Source: Spirochaetales bacterium (GTDB taxonomy: Bacteria > Spirochaetota > Spirochaetia > SZUA-6 > RPPD01). Taken from it: DNA of 64,000 nt. The DNA lies in assembly GCA_016930675.1 (NCBI GenBank), contig JAFGGG010000043.1, positions 8,748 to 72,747 of the forward strand. The letters are read 5' to 3'. Shown here in pieces: positions 49,695-59,714 of the stretch; position 1 is the first letter of the stretch, and each line of letters opens with the position of its first letter. Under the pieces are notes generated by a model. That model made no database searches. It saw nothing but the letters and a program-made list of their open reading frames with translations, and had not been told where the DNA came from. The translations under genes were made by a program, and so were the position numbers.

Positions 49695-50225
49695 GTGATG
49701 AGACAGGTATTATCAGTTATCTGCTTATGCGCGATTTTTTGGAACTGCGCACCGGAAACAAAAAAATATCTGATACCTGAAGATTACGCTTCATGGAAAA
49801 GAACCACCAATGTAGAGTTGAACTACCCCATACCAGGACACCTGGAGCATTACCGCAAGATATTCATCAACGAAATCGGAGAAAAAGTGGCAGTGACTAC
49901 TGTAGACGGCAAGAAACACTATACCTATCCTACGGGAACAATTATTGTAAAAGAGGTATATCCCGCGCTTGAATATAAAGCAGGCGATAAACCGGGGATG
50001 CTTACGGTCATGATAAAAGATTCCGCTCATCCCCAAGCTCGCGGCGGCTGGATATGGATAGTGCAGGATTTAAAGAATCCTCTCAACGAATACACTGTTT
50101 TTACAAGTGATTTTTGCCTTGATTGCCATACGGATGCCAATCGCAGACACGATCTGGGACCGGGCAATCCGGATGAAGAATTTCGCGATTATGTGTTTTT
50201 TCCTTACGAGGGAGGTGTAGAGTAA
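49695..50225 (+). CDS. Cytochrome P460-family lipoprotein
   Basis: Lipobox FWNC; PEDYASW, YP.GTIIVKE, VMIKD, GGW.W, CLDCH, DYVF. Confidence 0.85.
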   Translation: MMRQVLSVICLCAIFWNCAPETKKYLIPEDYASWKRTTNVELNYPIPGHLEHYRKIFINEIGEKVAVTTVDGKKHYTYPTGTIIVKEVYPALEYKAGDKPGMLTVMIKDSAHPQARGGWIWIVQDLKNPLNEYTVFTSDFCLDCHTDANRRHDLGPGNPDEEFRDYVFFPYEGGVE

Positions 50226-50270
50226 ACATACCATCGGCAAAGCTGATGATACGCGGGGGAGCGAAGGTGG

Positions 50271-50342
50271 CCGAAAAAGCCACCGTCTACTGACCATCTT
50301 TTTAACCGCTCCTATAGGTGGCGGCTTTTTCGGAAGCAAAAA
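50271..50342 (-). repeat. Dispersed hairpin repeat family A, copy 4 (possible bidirectional terminator)
   Basis: CCGAAAAAGCCACC...GGTGGCGGCTTTTTCGGAAGCAAAAA between convergent genes. Confidence 0.7.
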
Positions 50343-50346
50343 AGAA

Positions 50347-50934
50347 CTAGATTTTTATATCCATTGAATTTTCAATGGAAATTTTCAAGAATTTTATTAT
50401 ATCGGCTTCTTTAATATCAATTGAACTGGCGCGGGAAAGTCTTACTGCATTTAAAATTCCTAAAAAAAAGACCATTAGAGCCGTCTCAATAAAGCGTTTG
50501 TTAAATCCATTAATAGTCGGTTTGCTTTTCGAAATGGAGCGAATAAGCTCGTAGATCATAGTACTTAAGACCTCGATCTTTTCTTCAATTTTCGTGAAAG
50601 CGATAGCTTCGGATAAGAGTATATTAATAAGATCCACATCCTTAAGTATTTCCGGAAGAAATTTTTCAATAATAGCCTTAAGCTTGGATTCATCGCTTTC
50701 CTGAGAGGAAACGGTCTGTAAAAGCCGGTCATAAAGATCTTTCCAGCCTTCCTCGACAATTACTTTCATTATTTCATCTTTGCTTGGAAAATAAGTATAA
50801 ATACTTCCCACCGGCAGGTTGGTTGCTTTTACTATATCCGATATAGATGTGTTAAAAAAACCTTGTTTTGAAAAGAGTGTTTTCGAAGCTTCCAAGATTA
50901 AAGCGCGCTTATTTTCATCCTTTAATCTCGCCAT
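50347..50934 (-). CDS. TetR/AcrR-family transcriptional regulator
   Basis: ILEAS..LF..GF..TSI.DI..GSIYTYFPSKDEI. Confidence 0.93.
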   Translation of the reverse strand: MARLKDENKRALILEASKTLFSKQGFFNTSISDIVKATNLPVGSIYTYFPSKDEIMKVIVEEGWKDLYDRLLQTVSSQESDESKLKAIIEKFLPEILKDVDLINILLSEAIAFTKIEEKIEVLSTMIYELIRSISKSKPTINGFNKRFIETALMVFFLGILNAVRLSRASSIDIKEADIIKFLKISIENSMDIKI

Positions 50935-51055
50935 ATTTCCTCCATTTAATCACAGAAGCATTTTATGTATTACTTTGTAAAATTATCTTTATAATAGTAA
51001 TTATTTTATATGATCGTGTAAATAGTAAAAGACCATGAACTGTTATTTTAAAAGC

Positions 51056-52117
51056 TTAATCGGAATACTGCTTGCTTATTTCATAAAACCGGTTTTTTTG
51101 TTCTATAAAAATATCCACGATTTTGGGATCAAAATGCAATCCGGAATCCGTTTTTATTATTCGTTCTGTTTTTTCTTTTGTATATGCTTCTTTATATATT
51201 CTTTGATTCATCAACGCGTCATAAACGTCCGCCAAAGCAACTATGCGTGCTTCCAATGGAATACTCTCAGATTTTAAGCCCTCAATATAGCCGCTGCCGT
51301 CCCATTTCTCATGATGGTATAAAGCGATATTTTTCGCCATAGCATCAATCTCCGGTGAATCCAGGATTTTAAATCCAATGACAACATGCTCTTTCATCTT
51401 TTCATATTCGTCTTCCGAGTATTTACCTTTTTTCTTCAAAATATTATCCGGAATACCCACCTTTCCTATATCATGCAGCGGTGAATATACTTTTATCTTT
51501 TTGATAAAATCCAGACTACAGCCGTAATTCTCAGCTAAAAGCACGGAATATGCGCTTACCCGTTTTATATGGTTACCCGTGTCAATATCATTATAAATAT
51601 TTGCGTTTTCAAGCGCCGTAATTAAGGCAACCGTTAAATTATTTACTTTCTTTGTCTTTTCTTCTACCAGATGAATAAGGTGTATCTCACTGTTTTGCAG
51701 TAAGGAATTCTTTACTTCCAACTCATTCAGCACCCGTTTAAGCTTTAAATGAGTGTTAACCCTGGCAATCAATTCAGCTTTATTAAAAGGTTTGGTTATA
51801 TAATCAACCCCGCCGACCTTGAATGCCTTTACAATGTTGTCTACATCTCCCAGTCCGGTAACAAAAATAATTGGAATTTCCTGCAGCAATTTGTTGTCAT
51901 TCAAATACTGGGCAACCTGTATGCCACTCATTACCGGCATCATAATGTCCAGGAGAATCAAATCAGGCAGATTGTCCGTTCTATTTTCAAACAGTTCAAT
52001 CACATCCTGTCCGCTTTTGGCCATCATTATGTCACAATCCGCGTTCTTTTGCAGAATTGAAGCAAGAAGTTTCCTGTTTTCCGCTACATCATCAACAATA
52101 AGTACTTTAGCTGCCAT
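51056..52117 (-). CDS. Response regulator with HD-GYP phosphodiesterase domain
   Basis: REC (VDD, LLDIMMP, KPF); HDIGK, HHEKWDGSGY, ADVYDAL. Confidence 0.92.
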   Translation of the reverse strand: MAAKVLIVDDVAENRKLLASILQKNADCDIMMAKSGQDVIELFENRTDNLPDLILLDIMMPVMSGIQVAQYLNDNKLLQEIPIIFVTGLGDVDNIVKAFKVGGVDYITKPFNKAELIARVNTHLKLKRVLNELEVKNSLLQNSEIHLIHLVEEKTKKVNNLTVALITALENANIYNDIDTGNHIKRVSAYSVLLAENYGCSLDFIKKIKVYSPLHDIGKVGIPDNILKKKGKYSEDEYEKMKEHVVIGFKILDSPEIDAMAKNIALYHHEKWDGSGYIEGLKSESIPLEARIVALADVYDALMNQRIYKEAYTKEKTERIIKTDSGLHFDPKIVDIFIEQKNRFYEISKQYSD

Positions 52118-55100
52118 TATTTATCAATCCTTCCATTTTTCGCATTAATGTATCCAATCCCTCTTCGTCAAAGTTTTCCGCTATTTTTTCAAGCTCTTCC
52201 TTAATCGAAACCGCGACGTCCGCGGCCTGCTCCTGTGAAAGCCTATGAGCTATTTCCAACAATTTTTTTTGATTAAAAATCTTATAATTTTTTTTCAACT
52301 CGGATAAGACTCGTTTAAGCGAGGTCTTAGTTTTATTATCCAGCTCTGTCTTTTTAGCATTCTTGGCATAAGCGAGTACTAAATTTTTTACATCATGGAT
52401 TGTTTTTATAAATTTATCTTGATTAATCGGTTTCGATATATAACCGTTACATCCCGCTTTGGTATATTTCAAGGCATCGCCTTTCATGGCATATGCCGTG
52501 AGCGCAATAACATACAGGTCTTTCAAGTCTTTATGACCCCTGATTATTTTAATTACTTCAAGACCGTCCATAATAGGCATCTGCATATCCAACAGCAGCA
52601 GATTATACTTCTTATCGTTTTTCAGTCCTTCTTGCAGTAAATCCAAGACAAGCCGGCCGTTATTAGCGATATCAAAACTTATGTTTAACTTTTTCAAATA
52701 AATTCCAATCAGCTTTTGATTCAATTCATTATCTTCCGCGATCAACACCCTAAAGTCATTTGAATTTTCAGCTCGTAACGTTGGAGTTAATCCCCGAATT
52801 TCCTCTAAATAATAGCTTGGTATCTTATTAACCAGTTCTTTTACCACGGACACTAACGGAATTATTTTATTAATTCGAGCATCTTCTTTATTCATCTCTT
52901 TATCGATCTTTAAAAATATATCGTAAATTTCACTTATATTAAGATTGCCGTAAACACTTTTCAGGTCATGACTCAGTTTTTTAATCTTGTCCGGATCATT
53001 ATGCAATACAGCCTGTTCCAATTCGGAGATTCTTTCAGGAAGTTTTTGTATTCCTTGAATAATTAATTCCTTCAGCTGAGGATCCCCTCCCGCCTGTTTC
53101 AACCAGTACTGAACCATCCTCTCGTCACGAAGTTTTTTCCTTACTTGGGTTACCGGATTCTCAGCTATCTGTTTTAAGGGAATTTTTATAGTGAATGTGG
53201 AACCGGCCGCGATCCGGCTCTCTAAAAAAATCCTGCCCCCCATTTTTTCTGCGAGCCCTTTGGAAATGGCCAGTCCCAGGCCGGTTCCGAAATATTCCCT
53301 GGTGGCAGAATTGTCAACCTGAGAAAACGGTGAAAAAATTGTCTGTTGTTTGTCTGCGGCGATTCCGATTCCCGTATCACTCACGCTGATTGTGAGTGTC
53401 TTCTTGTTTTCATACCGGCAATCAATACGAATTTCACCCTGCTTTGTGAATTTAAACGCGTTGCTCACCAGATTCAATATTATTTGGTTGACCCTTCTTT
53501 CGTCACCATACAGATATTCAGGAACTGATTCGGCGACTTTAATAGCAAAGCCGACATTCTTTTCACTGGCTTTGAGAATAAACATTTTTTTAATATCATC
53601 CAAAAGATCTCTGATAGAAAAGCTGGCGTTTTCGAACTCAATCTTATTCGCTTCCATTTTTGAGAAATCAAGAATGTCATTTATAATTTCCAGCAGACTG
53701 TCGCCTGCTTTCATGATTATTTTCAATTTATCCTTTTTCTGGGGATCTTTCTCTTCTTCCAGTAACAACTCGGTAAATCCGATGATCGAATTCATAGGCG
53801 TTCGAATTTCATGACTCATATTCGCTAAAAATTCACCCTTAGTCTTATTGGCGCTTTTGGCAGCCTCCATGGCGGCCAGCTGCAGCTCTTCCGCTTCCTT
53901 CTGCTGCTTGAAAAGCAAAGCGCCTTTAAGCGAGCTGCTTATATAACCGCGCAGAGTTTCATACACTGTTTCGATTCGTGAACCCAATTCAAAGAAGATA
54001 AAGCCGAAGTGCTCATCCCGAAAGAACAACGGCATCAGCACCATGGAGTATCTTTCACGAGTCGGCAAATATTTACGCTGACATAATTCAAGCGTGGGAA
54101 AGTGAACACTACCCTCTTTGGAAGTAAAACTTTTATGTTTATTAAATGCCAGCAGTACTTGAGACGTATGAGGAACATCCCAAAAGTATTTTGATATCTT
54201 TTTAACCGGTCCGTCAAAAAAGGCAATTGTACACATATTAATTCCCATATACGGCAGTTGTTCTTTTATATCCTCAAGCAGCTGATTCAATTCGAACGAA
54301 GAAATCAAGACACTGCCCACCGATCGCAAGGTCCATACCATATGTTTTTCATTGACGCTTTGAAATGGATCGGATCTAAGCAGCATTTCACTTAAAAAAA
54401 TTTGAATTTTTTTATAAAGCAGCTCAAGAAAAAGCATGGCATTATTATCTTTTAAAGTGAGAACCGCATTGGTATATAAGGTTTTTATTACACTCTGCCA
54501 GAACGATTCATGCTTTGTCATTCCCGTTTTTGAAATCGGCAGATCGCCAATAAGATAAAAAAAGGCTTTATTCTTATAATCTTGGTTTTTTAAACATTCG
54601 ATCATACCATCCAGTATTTCCTTCAACCAGTCAAAAAGCGCTGTATTATTTATTCCTTTGGCTTTTAATTCTCGCGTCGTATTATCAATGATCCGCGCTT
54701 TGTTTTCTTCCAAATCCATGTGTGAGCTGTCATCGCACGCGGGTTGATGTTCTATTGTGGAATCAATATACAGCATGGAAGGGGAAAAACAGCCGCACGA
54801 CTGTCTGATTACCGCTTTGGAAGGCAGATACGAAATTTCAGGCACCTTTTCTCCATTAATTCGAGCCAGCACAATTTCCAGTGCTTTTCTGGCTTGGTTG
54901 TGCATAGGTTGGGTAACCGATGTCAATGGCGGATTGAAAACCTTTGCCAGTTTAATATCGTCGAAACCGGTAATGGCAATATCCTGCGGTACTCTGATAC
55001 CCTTTCCCTGTAAATACTTCAAAGCTCCTAATGCCATATCGTCATTAGCCGATACCACGGCATCACAGTGTTGTTTCCTTTCTTCGAGCAAGATGCGCAT

Positions 55101-55661
55101 GGCTTCGGCTCCCTTATCGTAGACAAAATTACCGGTAACAACCAAATCAGGATTAAAGGGCAGATTGTGTTCCTCCAGTGTTTTTTTATATGTTTCAAAG
55201 CGAATATCCGCTTCCTGATAACCCTCAGGCCCTCTGATATGGGCGATATGTTTGTATCCGTGATCAACAATGAGATGCTTGACCACTTCTTTCATTCCGA
55301 ATTTATTATCAAGTAAAACACTCGGGATGCCTTTTACCGCCTCCCCCATACTGACGGTCGGCAGAGACTGAAATCTTTCACAAAACATAGTTGCTTCTTC
55401 CATAGAAATAAAACAGCACATAGAACCCGTTAAAATGACTAAGCCATCCAAATTTTGTTCATCAACCAGACTGTAACTAAGATGATGCTGGTAGTCATAA
55501 CCGTAGGGTGAACCGAGTGCTTTACCCACTATGAATATTAAATTCACATCCAGCTCAATTGCATTATCTACCATATTCTTCCAAATATTGGCCTGATAAT
55601 CTTCATCAAGCATCCCGATAAGCATACCTATTGTCGGTCGGTCCTTTTTATGTTTTACCAC
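52107..55661 (-). CDS. Cytoplasmic hybrid histidine kinase: LacI-type sugar-binding domain, HisKA, HATPase, HPt, REC
   Basis: ANDDMALG, GFDD, IRQSCGC; SHEIRTP; NAFKF, DTGIG, GTGLG; SHDLKS; LLDMQMP. Confidence 0.9.
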   Translation of the reverse strand: MVKHKKDRPTIGMLIGMLDEDYQANIWKNMVDNAIELDVNLIFIVGKALGSPYGYDYQHHLSYSLVDEQNLDGLVILTGSMCCFISMEEATMFCERFQSLPTVSMGEAVKGIPSVLLDNKFGMKEVVKHLIVDHGYKHIAHIRGPEGYQEADIRFETYKKTLEEHNLPFNPDLVVTGNFVYDKGAEAMRILLEERKQHCDAVVSANDDMALGALKYLQGKGIRVPQDIAITGFDDIKLAKVFNPPLTSVTQPMHNQARKALEIVLARINGEKVPEISYLPSKAVIRQSCGCFSPSMLYIDSTIEHQPACDDSSHMDLEENKARIIDNTTRELKAKGINNTALFDWLKEILDGMIECLKNQDYKNKAFFYLIGDLPISKTGMTKHESFWQSVIKTLYTNAVLTLKDNNAMLFLELLYKKIQIFLSEMLLRSDPFQSVNEKHMVWTLRSVGSVLISSFELNQLLEDIKEQLPYMGINMCTIAFFDGPVKKISKYFWDVPHTSQVLLAFNKHKSFTSKEGSVHFPTLELCQRKYLPTRERYSMVLMPLFFRDEHFGFIFFELGSRIETVYETLRGYISSSLKGALLFKQQKEAEELQLAAMEAAKSANKTKGEFLANMSHEIRTPMNSIIGFTELLLEEEKDPQKKDKLKIIMKAGDSLLEIINDILDFSKMEANKIEFENASFSIRDLLDDIKKMFILKASEKNVGFAIKVAESVPEYLYGDERRVNQIILNLVSNAFKFTKQGEIRIDCRYENKKTLTISVSDTGIGIAADKQQTIFSPFSQVDNSATREYFGTGLGLAISKGLAEKMGGRIFLESRIAAGSTFTIKIPLKQIAENPVTQVRKKLRDERMVQYWLKQAGGDPQLKELIIQGIQKLPERISELEQAVLHNDPDKIKKLSHDLKSVYGNLNISEIYDIFLKIDKEMNKEDARINKIIPLVSVVKELVNKIPSYYLEEIRGLTPTLRAENSNDFRVLIAEDNELNQKLIGIYLKKLNISFDIANNGRLVLDLLQEGLKNDKKYNLLLLDMQMPIMDGLEVIKIIRGHKDLKDLYVIALTAYAMKGDALKYTKAGCNGYISKPINQDKFIKTIHDVKNLVLAYAKNAKKTELDNKTKTSLKRVLSELKKNYKIFNQKKLLEIAHRLSQEQAADVAVSIKEELEKIAENFDEEGLDTLMRKMEGLINNGS

Positions 55662-55858
55662 AGAATCATGTCCTTCACAGTACAATACTAGTATAAGCAT
55701 TATGGATTTAATTTAAAAATGTTTTTATCAAGCAATTTTAATATTGAATTCTTTTATTGCATAACGACTGTTTCTCCATATACTACATAGTATATGCGCT
55801 TCAATTTATAAAAAAACTCCACCGTGAATGGAAAAGCGCGACAATAAAGGAGGAAATT

Positions 55859-56533
55859 ATGCAGTTTAAAATTGAAAACGGACCCGTGTTTACCAGTCTG
55901 CGGGTACAGCTTGGGGCAGGTGAATCCATAAAAGCAGAGGCCGGAGCTATGGTATCCATGTCAAATACACTGGAACTGCAATCCAAGGCCACCGGCAAAG
56001 GTGTGTTTGGAACCTTAAAGGCGGCCGTAGGCGGAGAAGCCTTATTTGCTTCTCTTTATACCGCGAGCGGGGGAGCAGGAGAACTGTTACTGGCTCCGCC
56101 GGTTCCGGGTGATATTTTGAAAATCGACCTTTCGGGCAGCACCCTCTTTGCCCAGGGCGGAGCGTATTTGGCGGGAAGCCCTGAGCTTGAACTGTCCACA
56201 AAAGGTTCGTTTAAGGCCATGTTTTCCGGTGAAGGCCTGTTTTTACAGGTGATTTCAGGAACAGGCACTCTCTTCTTAAGTTCCTATGGTTCCATTCTTG
56301 AAAAAAGCCTGGCCAGCGGTGAAAATTATATCGTGGATACGGGCCATATAATTGCCTTTGAAGAATCGGTTCAATACAAACTTAAAAAAGCAGCCAAGGG
56401 CATATTCTCCACCTTGGCTTCCGGAGAAGGCCTGGTTTGCGAGTACAGCGGTCCGGGAAAGCTTTGGATCCAAACACGGAATTTAAAGGGATTTGCTTCA
56501 TTAATTACCAAGCTGGCCCCCAGATCCAGCTAG
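55859..56533 (+). CDS. TIGR00266/AIM24-family protein
   Basis: E.GAMV.M, GEGLF, VDTGHI.AF, SGEGLV..GPG.LWIQTRN; AGGAGG RBS. Confidence 0.92.
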   Translation: MQFKIENGPVFTSLRVQLGAGESIKAEAGAMVSMSNTLELQSKATGKGVFGTLKAAVGGEALFASLYTASGGAGELLLAPPVPGDILKIDLSGSTLFAQGGAYLAGSPELELSTKGSFKAMFSGEGLFLQVISGTGTLFLSSYGSILEKSLASGENYIVDTGHIIAFEESVQYKLKKAAKGIFSTLASGEGLVCEYSGPGKLWIQTRNLKGFASLITKLAPRSS

Positions 56534-56540
56534 GTGCCAT

Positions 56541-56612
56541 CGGAAACACAGAGACGCAAAGATTATCGAGTAAGGTTTTGATAAATTCTTTGCGTCTCCG
56601 CAACTCTCCGTT
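56541..56612. repeat. Intergenic inverted repeat (REP-like family B)
   Basis: GAGACGCAAAGA (56551-56562) / TCTTTGCGTCTC (56587-56598). Confidence 0.65.
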
Positions 56613-56707
56613 AAAAAAATCCGCAAAGATATAACAATTGCCGATTTACAAAGCATATTCATTTACGCTATAGTGTCTTTAAAATTCTTCACGAGGAGTT
56701 TCTGGAT

Positions 56708-57559
56708 ATGGCTAATCCATTGATTTTGGACGGCAAGAAAATTGCCGCTGAGCTGCAAGAAGAACTAAAAACACGGGTAGCTCACCTGGTTGCGAAAACG
56801 GGAAGCATACCGATCCTTGCCACAATTTTAGTGGGAAACGACCCTGCCTCCGTTACCTATGTGCGCATGAAGGGCAATGCCTGCAAGAGAGTGGGCATGG
56901 AATCCTTAAAGCTTGAACTGCCCGAATCCTCCACCACCGGACAGGTATTAGCCAAAATCCAGGAACTCAATAAAAATAAAGATGTTCATGGAATCCTGCT
57001 GCAACATCCGGTACCGGAACAGGTGGATGAGCAGCTATGTTTTAATTCGATCGCGCTGGAAAAGGATGTGGACGGAGTAAATACAACCAGTTTCGGCAGG
57101 ATGGCCATGGGACAGAAAGCCTACTTTAGTGCAACGCCTTTGGCCATCCTCACCATCCTTAAATATTATAATATTCCCCTGCAAGGAAAAGATGCCGTTG
57201 TGGTGGGCAGAAGCCCTATTTTAGGAAAACCGGTTGCCATGATGCTGTTAAATGAGAATGCAACTGTTACCATCTGTCATTCGAAAACCCAAAACCTGCC
57301 CGATGTCGTTAAAAGAGCGGATATTGTCGTAGGAGCTGTAGGCAAACCCGAATTTATCAAAGCGGATTGGATTAAAAAAGGCGCGGTGGTAATAGACGCG
57401 GGCTATAATCCCGGCAATGTGGGGGATACCGACTTGGAAGCTATTCAGCACGTAGCGTCAGCTTATACTCCCGTTCCCGGCGGCGTAGGTCCGATGACAA
57501 TTATCTCCTTAATGCGTCAGACTGTTGAAGCGGCTGAAAGATTCTATACTATTGAGTAA
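56708..57559 (+). CDS. folD: Methylenetetrahydrofolate dehydrogenase/cyclohydrolase
   Basis: [30 protein letters not shown]. Confidence 0.96.
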   Translation: MANPLILDGKKIAAELQEELKTRVAHLVAKTGSIPILATILVGNDPASVTYVRMKGNACKRVGMESLKLELPESSTTGQVLAKIQELNKNKDVHGILLQHPVPEQVDEQLCFNSIALEKDVDGVNTTSFGRMAMGQKAYFSATPLAILTILKYYNIPLQGKDAVVVGRSPILGKPVAMMLLNENATVTICHSKTQNLPDVVKRADIVVGAVGKPEFIKADWIKKGAVVIDAGYNPGNVGDTDLEAIQHVASAYTPVPGGVGPMTIISLMRQTVEAAERFYTIE

Positions 57560-57572
57560 GGAAAGAGAAATC

Positions 57573-59714
57573 ATGCACTATAGGCAGATAAAGACTCGCT
57601 TGCTTCTGGCAGGTATTATCCTGACAAGTTTATTATTCTTTATCCATTGCAATTCAAAAGATATTGATCCGGCTGGTCACACCATTTTTCTAGTCGATAA
57701 AGAACATACCGTCAGTTATGCGAGTTTTAAAAATCCAGCACAAGAACCTGTATTTTTTAAAACAAATATTTTACGGCAACTTTCGGCGCAAACCGAACTG
57801 GAACTGCTTGATATTATCCCCCTTAACACGGATATACTCTTGATTATTACCCGCAAGCACGGCATCTATAAAATTGTCAATCTGGCAAAAAAGAATGAGT
57901 ATCTTATAAGGATAGACTCGGGGCTGCCTCCCCAGGTGATCTATCCCTTTGAAGAACAGGGACTTACAAAGCCCGTGGTAAGCCATTCGGTTTCCGACGA
58001 TAAAAACAGGATCGCGCTGCTTTTTTCAAACGGACTCTATCTTTCCTTTAACGGAGGGTACAGTTTCCAAACCGCCCCTTTAACGGGCATGAAAACCGTA
58101 GCTGAACCGCTGTCCGTTGCTTGGCACCCGCGGAATCAAAAGCTTATCATGATCGGTACATCTTTCAGTGGTATATATTATTCCACCGACGGCGGCAGGA
58201 CAGTACAAAAAATAGAAAATGGAATCCCGGGTGAACCCATACACTCTCCTTTTTTACTTGAAGAGGTGCGCTCCCTATGTTTCGGTTCTACCGAAGACAC
58301 CTTTTTTGCGGGATTTGCCAATGGGGGCGGTGTGTGGCAAGGGAGCATCTCGCAAAAACGGATTCAAAAACTCGCCGATTCTTCACTCTATACCTATCCG
58401 GATGGTGATTTCTATATGGTTGAAAACCTAAGCTACTTGGCAGGCAACCTTATCCTTGCTTCCAACAGGCAGTCCCGCAAGATTATCACATTTAAAACCT
58501 CCCAATACCCTCAGAACCTGCATGCAATTATCAACAATTATATCCTGTATTCGGACCGGCTTGTAGCCCTTAGTTCGAACGGGCAACATGTTTCATTTTC
58601 AGGTTATTACAAACCAAAGCGTACCTTTGCGCCGCAGGCCAAAGCACTCAACAAGCGGGCTATGTACATAAGCTATACATTCACGCAGAGGGAAAACTAT
58701 GATAAACTCATAAAGCTACTGTCCTTGTTAAACCTTAATGCCGTAGTAATTAATCTTAAGGACGATTATGGTTCCATCAGAGTGCCGACGACCGATCCCG
58801 TGCTGAATCAGGTGCCTGAAGCGGTTGATCCTTATTTAGACGTGGCCGCAACTGTAAAAAAACTAAAACAGGATGGTATCTATGTAATCGGCAGAATGGT
58901 TGTTTTCAAGGACGAACACCTCTATAAATATGACAATCATAAATATGCGATAAAAGATACGGCGAGCCACGTATTCCTAAAAGGTCCGGAAATGTGGGTT
59001 GATGCCTATAGTGAGTTTGTTTGGGATTACAATATCCGGGCGGCACAAGCGGTCGTAGAGGCCGGCGTGGATGAAATTCAATTTGATTACATCCGTTTTC
59101 CCGATATCCGCAACAGGAAAGACACACGAAAATATGATTTCCAAAAGAAAAATCAAATAATGCGTGAAGCACTCGTCTCTTTTTTAAAGAAGGCCAGGGA
59201 GAAGCTGACGGTCCCCATCTCAATCGACCTGTTCGGCTATAACGCAATTTCAAAAATGGGAAACTGGATCGGGCAGGATATCGCGGAACTTGCCCGTTAT
59301 GTGGATGTGGTAAGCCCGATGTTTTATCCTTCCCATTACGGGGGGAGCTATGCCAGCCATTACGGGGATAAACGGATCTATTATATCATCTACCTGAGCT
59401 GTAAACGCACAAAGGAGCTTATAGACGGCGCACATTTGCGACCCTATATCCAGGCTTTTTATTACAAAGAAAATACGGATAACTATTGCGTTGACTATAT
59501 CAGTTGGGAGCTGAACGGTCTTAAAAACTGCGGCCTTCAAGATTATATCTTCTGGAACGATCTTCACGAATACACGATTCTTATCAGGGGCCTTCGCAAG
59601 TATATGGGATTGGGCGGTGAGCCGCTTTCCGGTGAAATTTCAGCCAGTATTCCCCGCAAACTGCCATTTTCATCCGTATTGGAGAAAGAAGTCAACGGTA
59701 CTCATAAAGATTAA
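57573..59714 (+). CDS. Putative glycoside hydrolase (DUF4015-like) lipoprotein with N-terminal BNR/propeller region
   Basis: Lipobox FIHC; S.NGG.SF and STDGG.T Asp-boxes; RMVVFKD, DEIQFDYIRFP, IGQD, SPMFYPSH. Confidence 0.85.
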   Translation: MHYRQIKTRLLLAGIILTSLLFFIHCNSKDIDPAGHTIFLVDKEHTVSYASFKNPAQEPVFFKTNILRQLSAQTELELLDIIPLNTDILLIITRKHGIYKIVNLAKKNEYLIRIDSGLPPQVIYPFEEQGLTKPVVSHSVSDDKNRIALLFSNGLYLSFNGGYSFQTAPLTGMKTVAEPLSVAWHPRNQKLIMIGTSFSGIYYSTDGGRTVQKIENGIPGEPIHSPFLLEEVRSLCFGSTEDTFFAGFANGGGVWQGSISQKRIQKLADSSLYTYPDGDFYMVENLSYLAGNLILASNRQSRKIITFKTSQYPQNLHAIINNYILYSDRLVALSSNGQHVSFSGYYKPKRTFAPQAKALNKRAMYISYTFTQRENYDKLIKLLSLLNLNAVVINLKDDYGSIRVPTTDPVLNQVPEAVDPYLDVAATVKKLKQDGIYVIGRMVVFKDEHLYKYDNHKYAIKDTASHVFLKGPEMWVDAYSEFVWDYNIRAAQAVVEAGVDEIQFDYIRFPDIRNRKDTRKYDFQKKNQIMREALVSFLKKAREKLTVPISIDLFGYNAISKMGNWIGQDIAELARYVDVVSPMFYPSHYGGSYASHYGDKRIYYIIYLSCKRTKELIDGAHLRPYIQAFYYKENTDNYCVDYISWELNGLKNCGLQDYIFWNDLHEYTILIRGLRKYMGLGGEPLSGEISASIPRKLPFSSVLEKEVNGTHKD

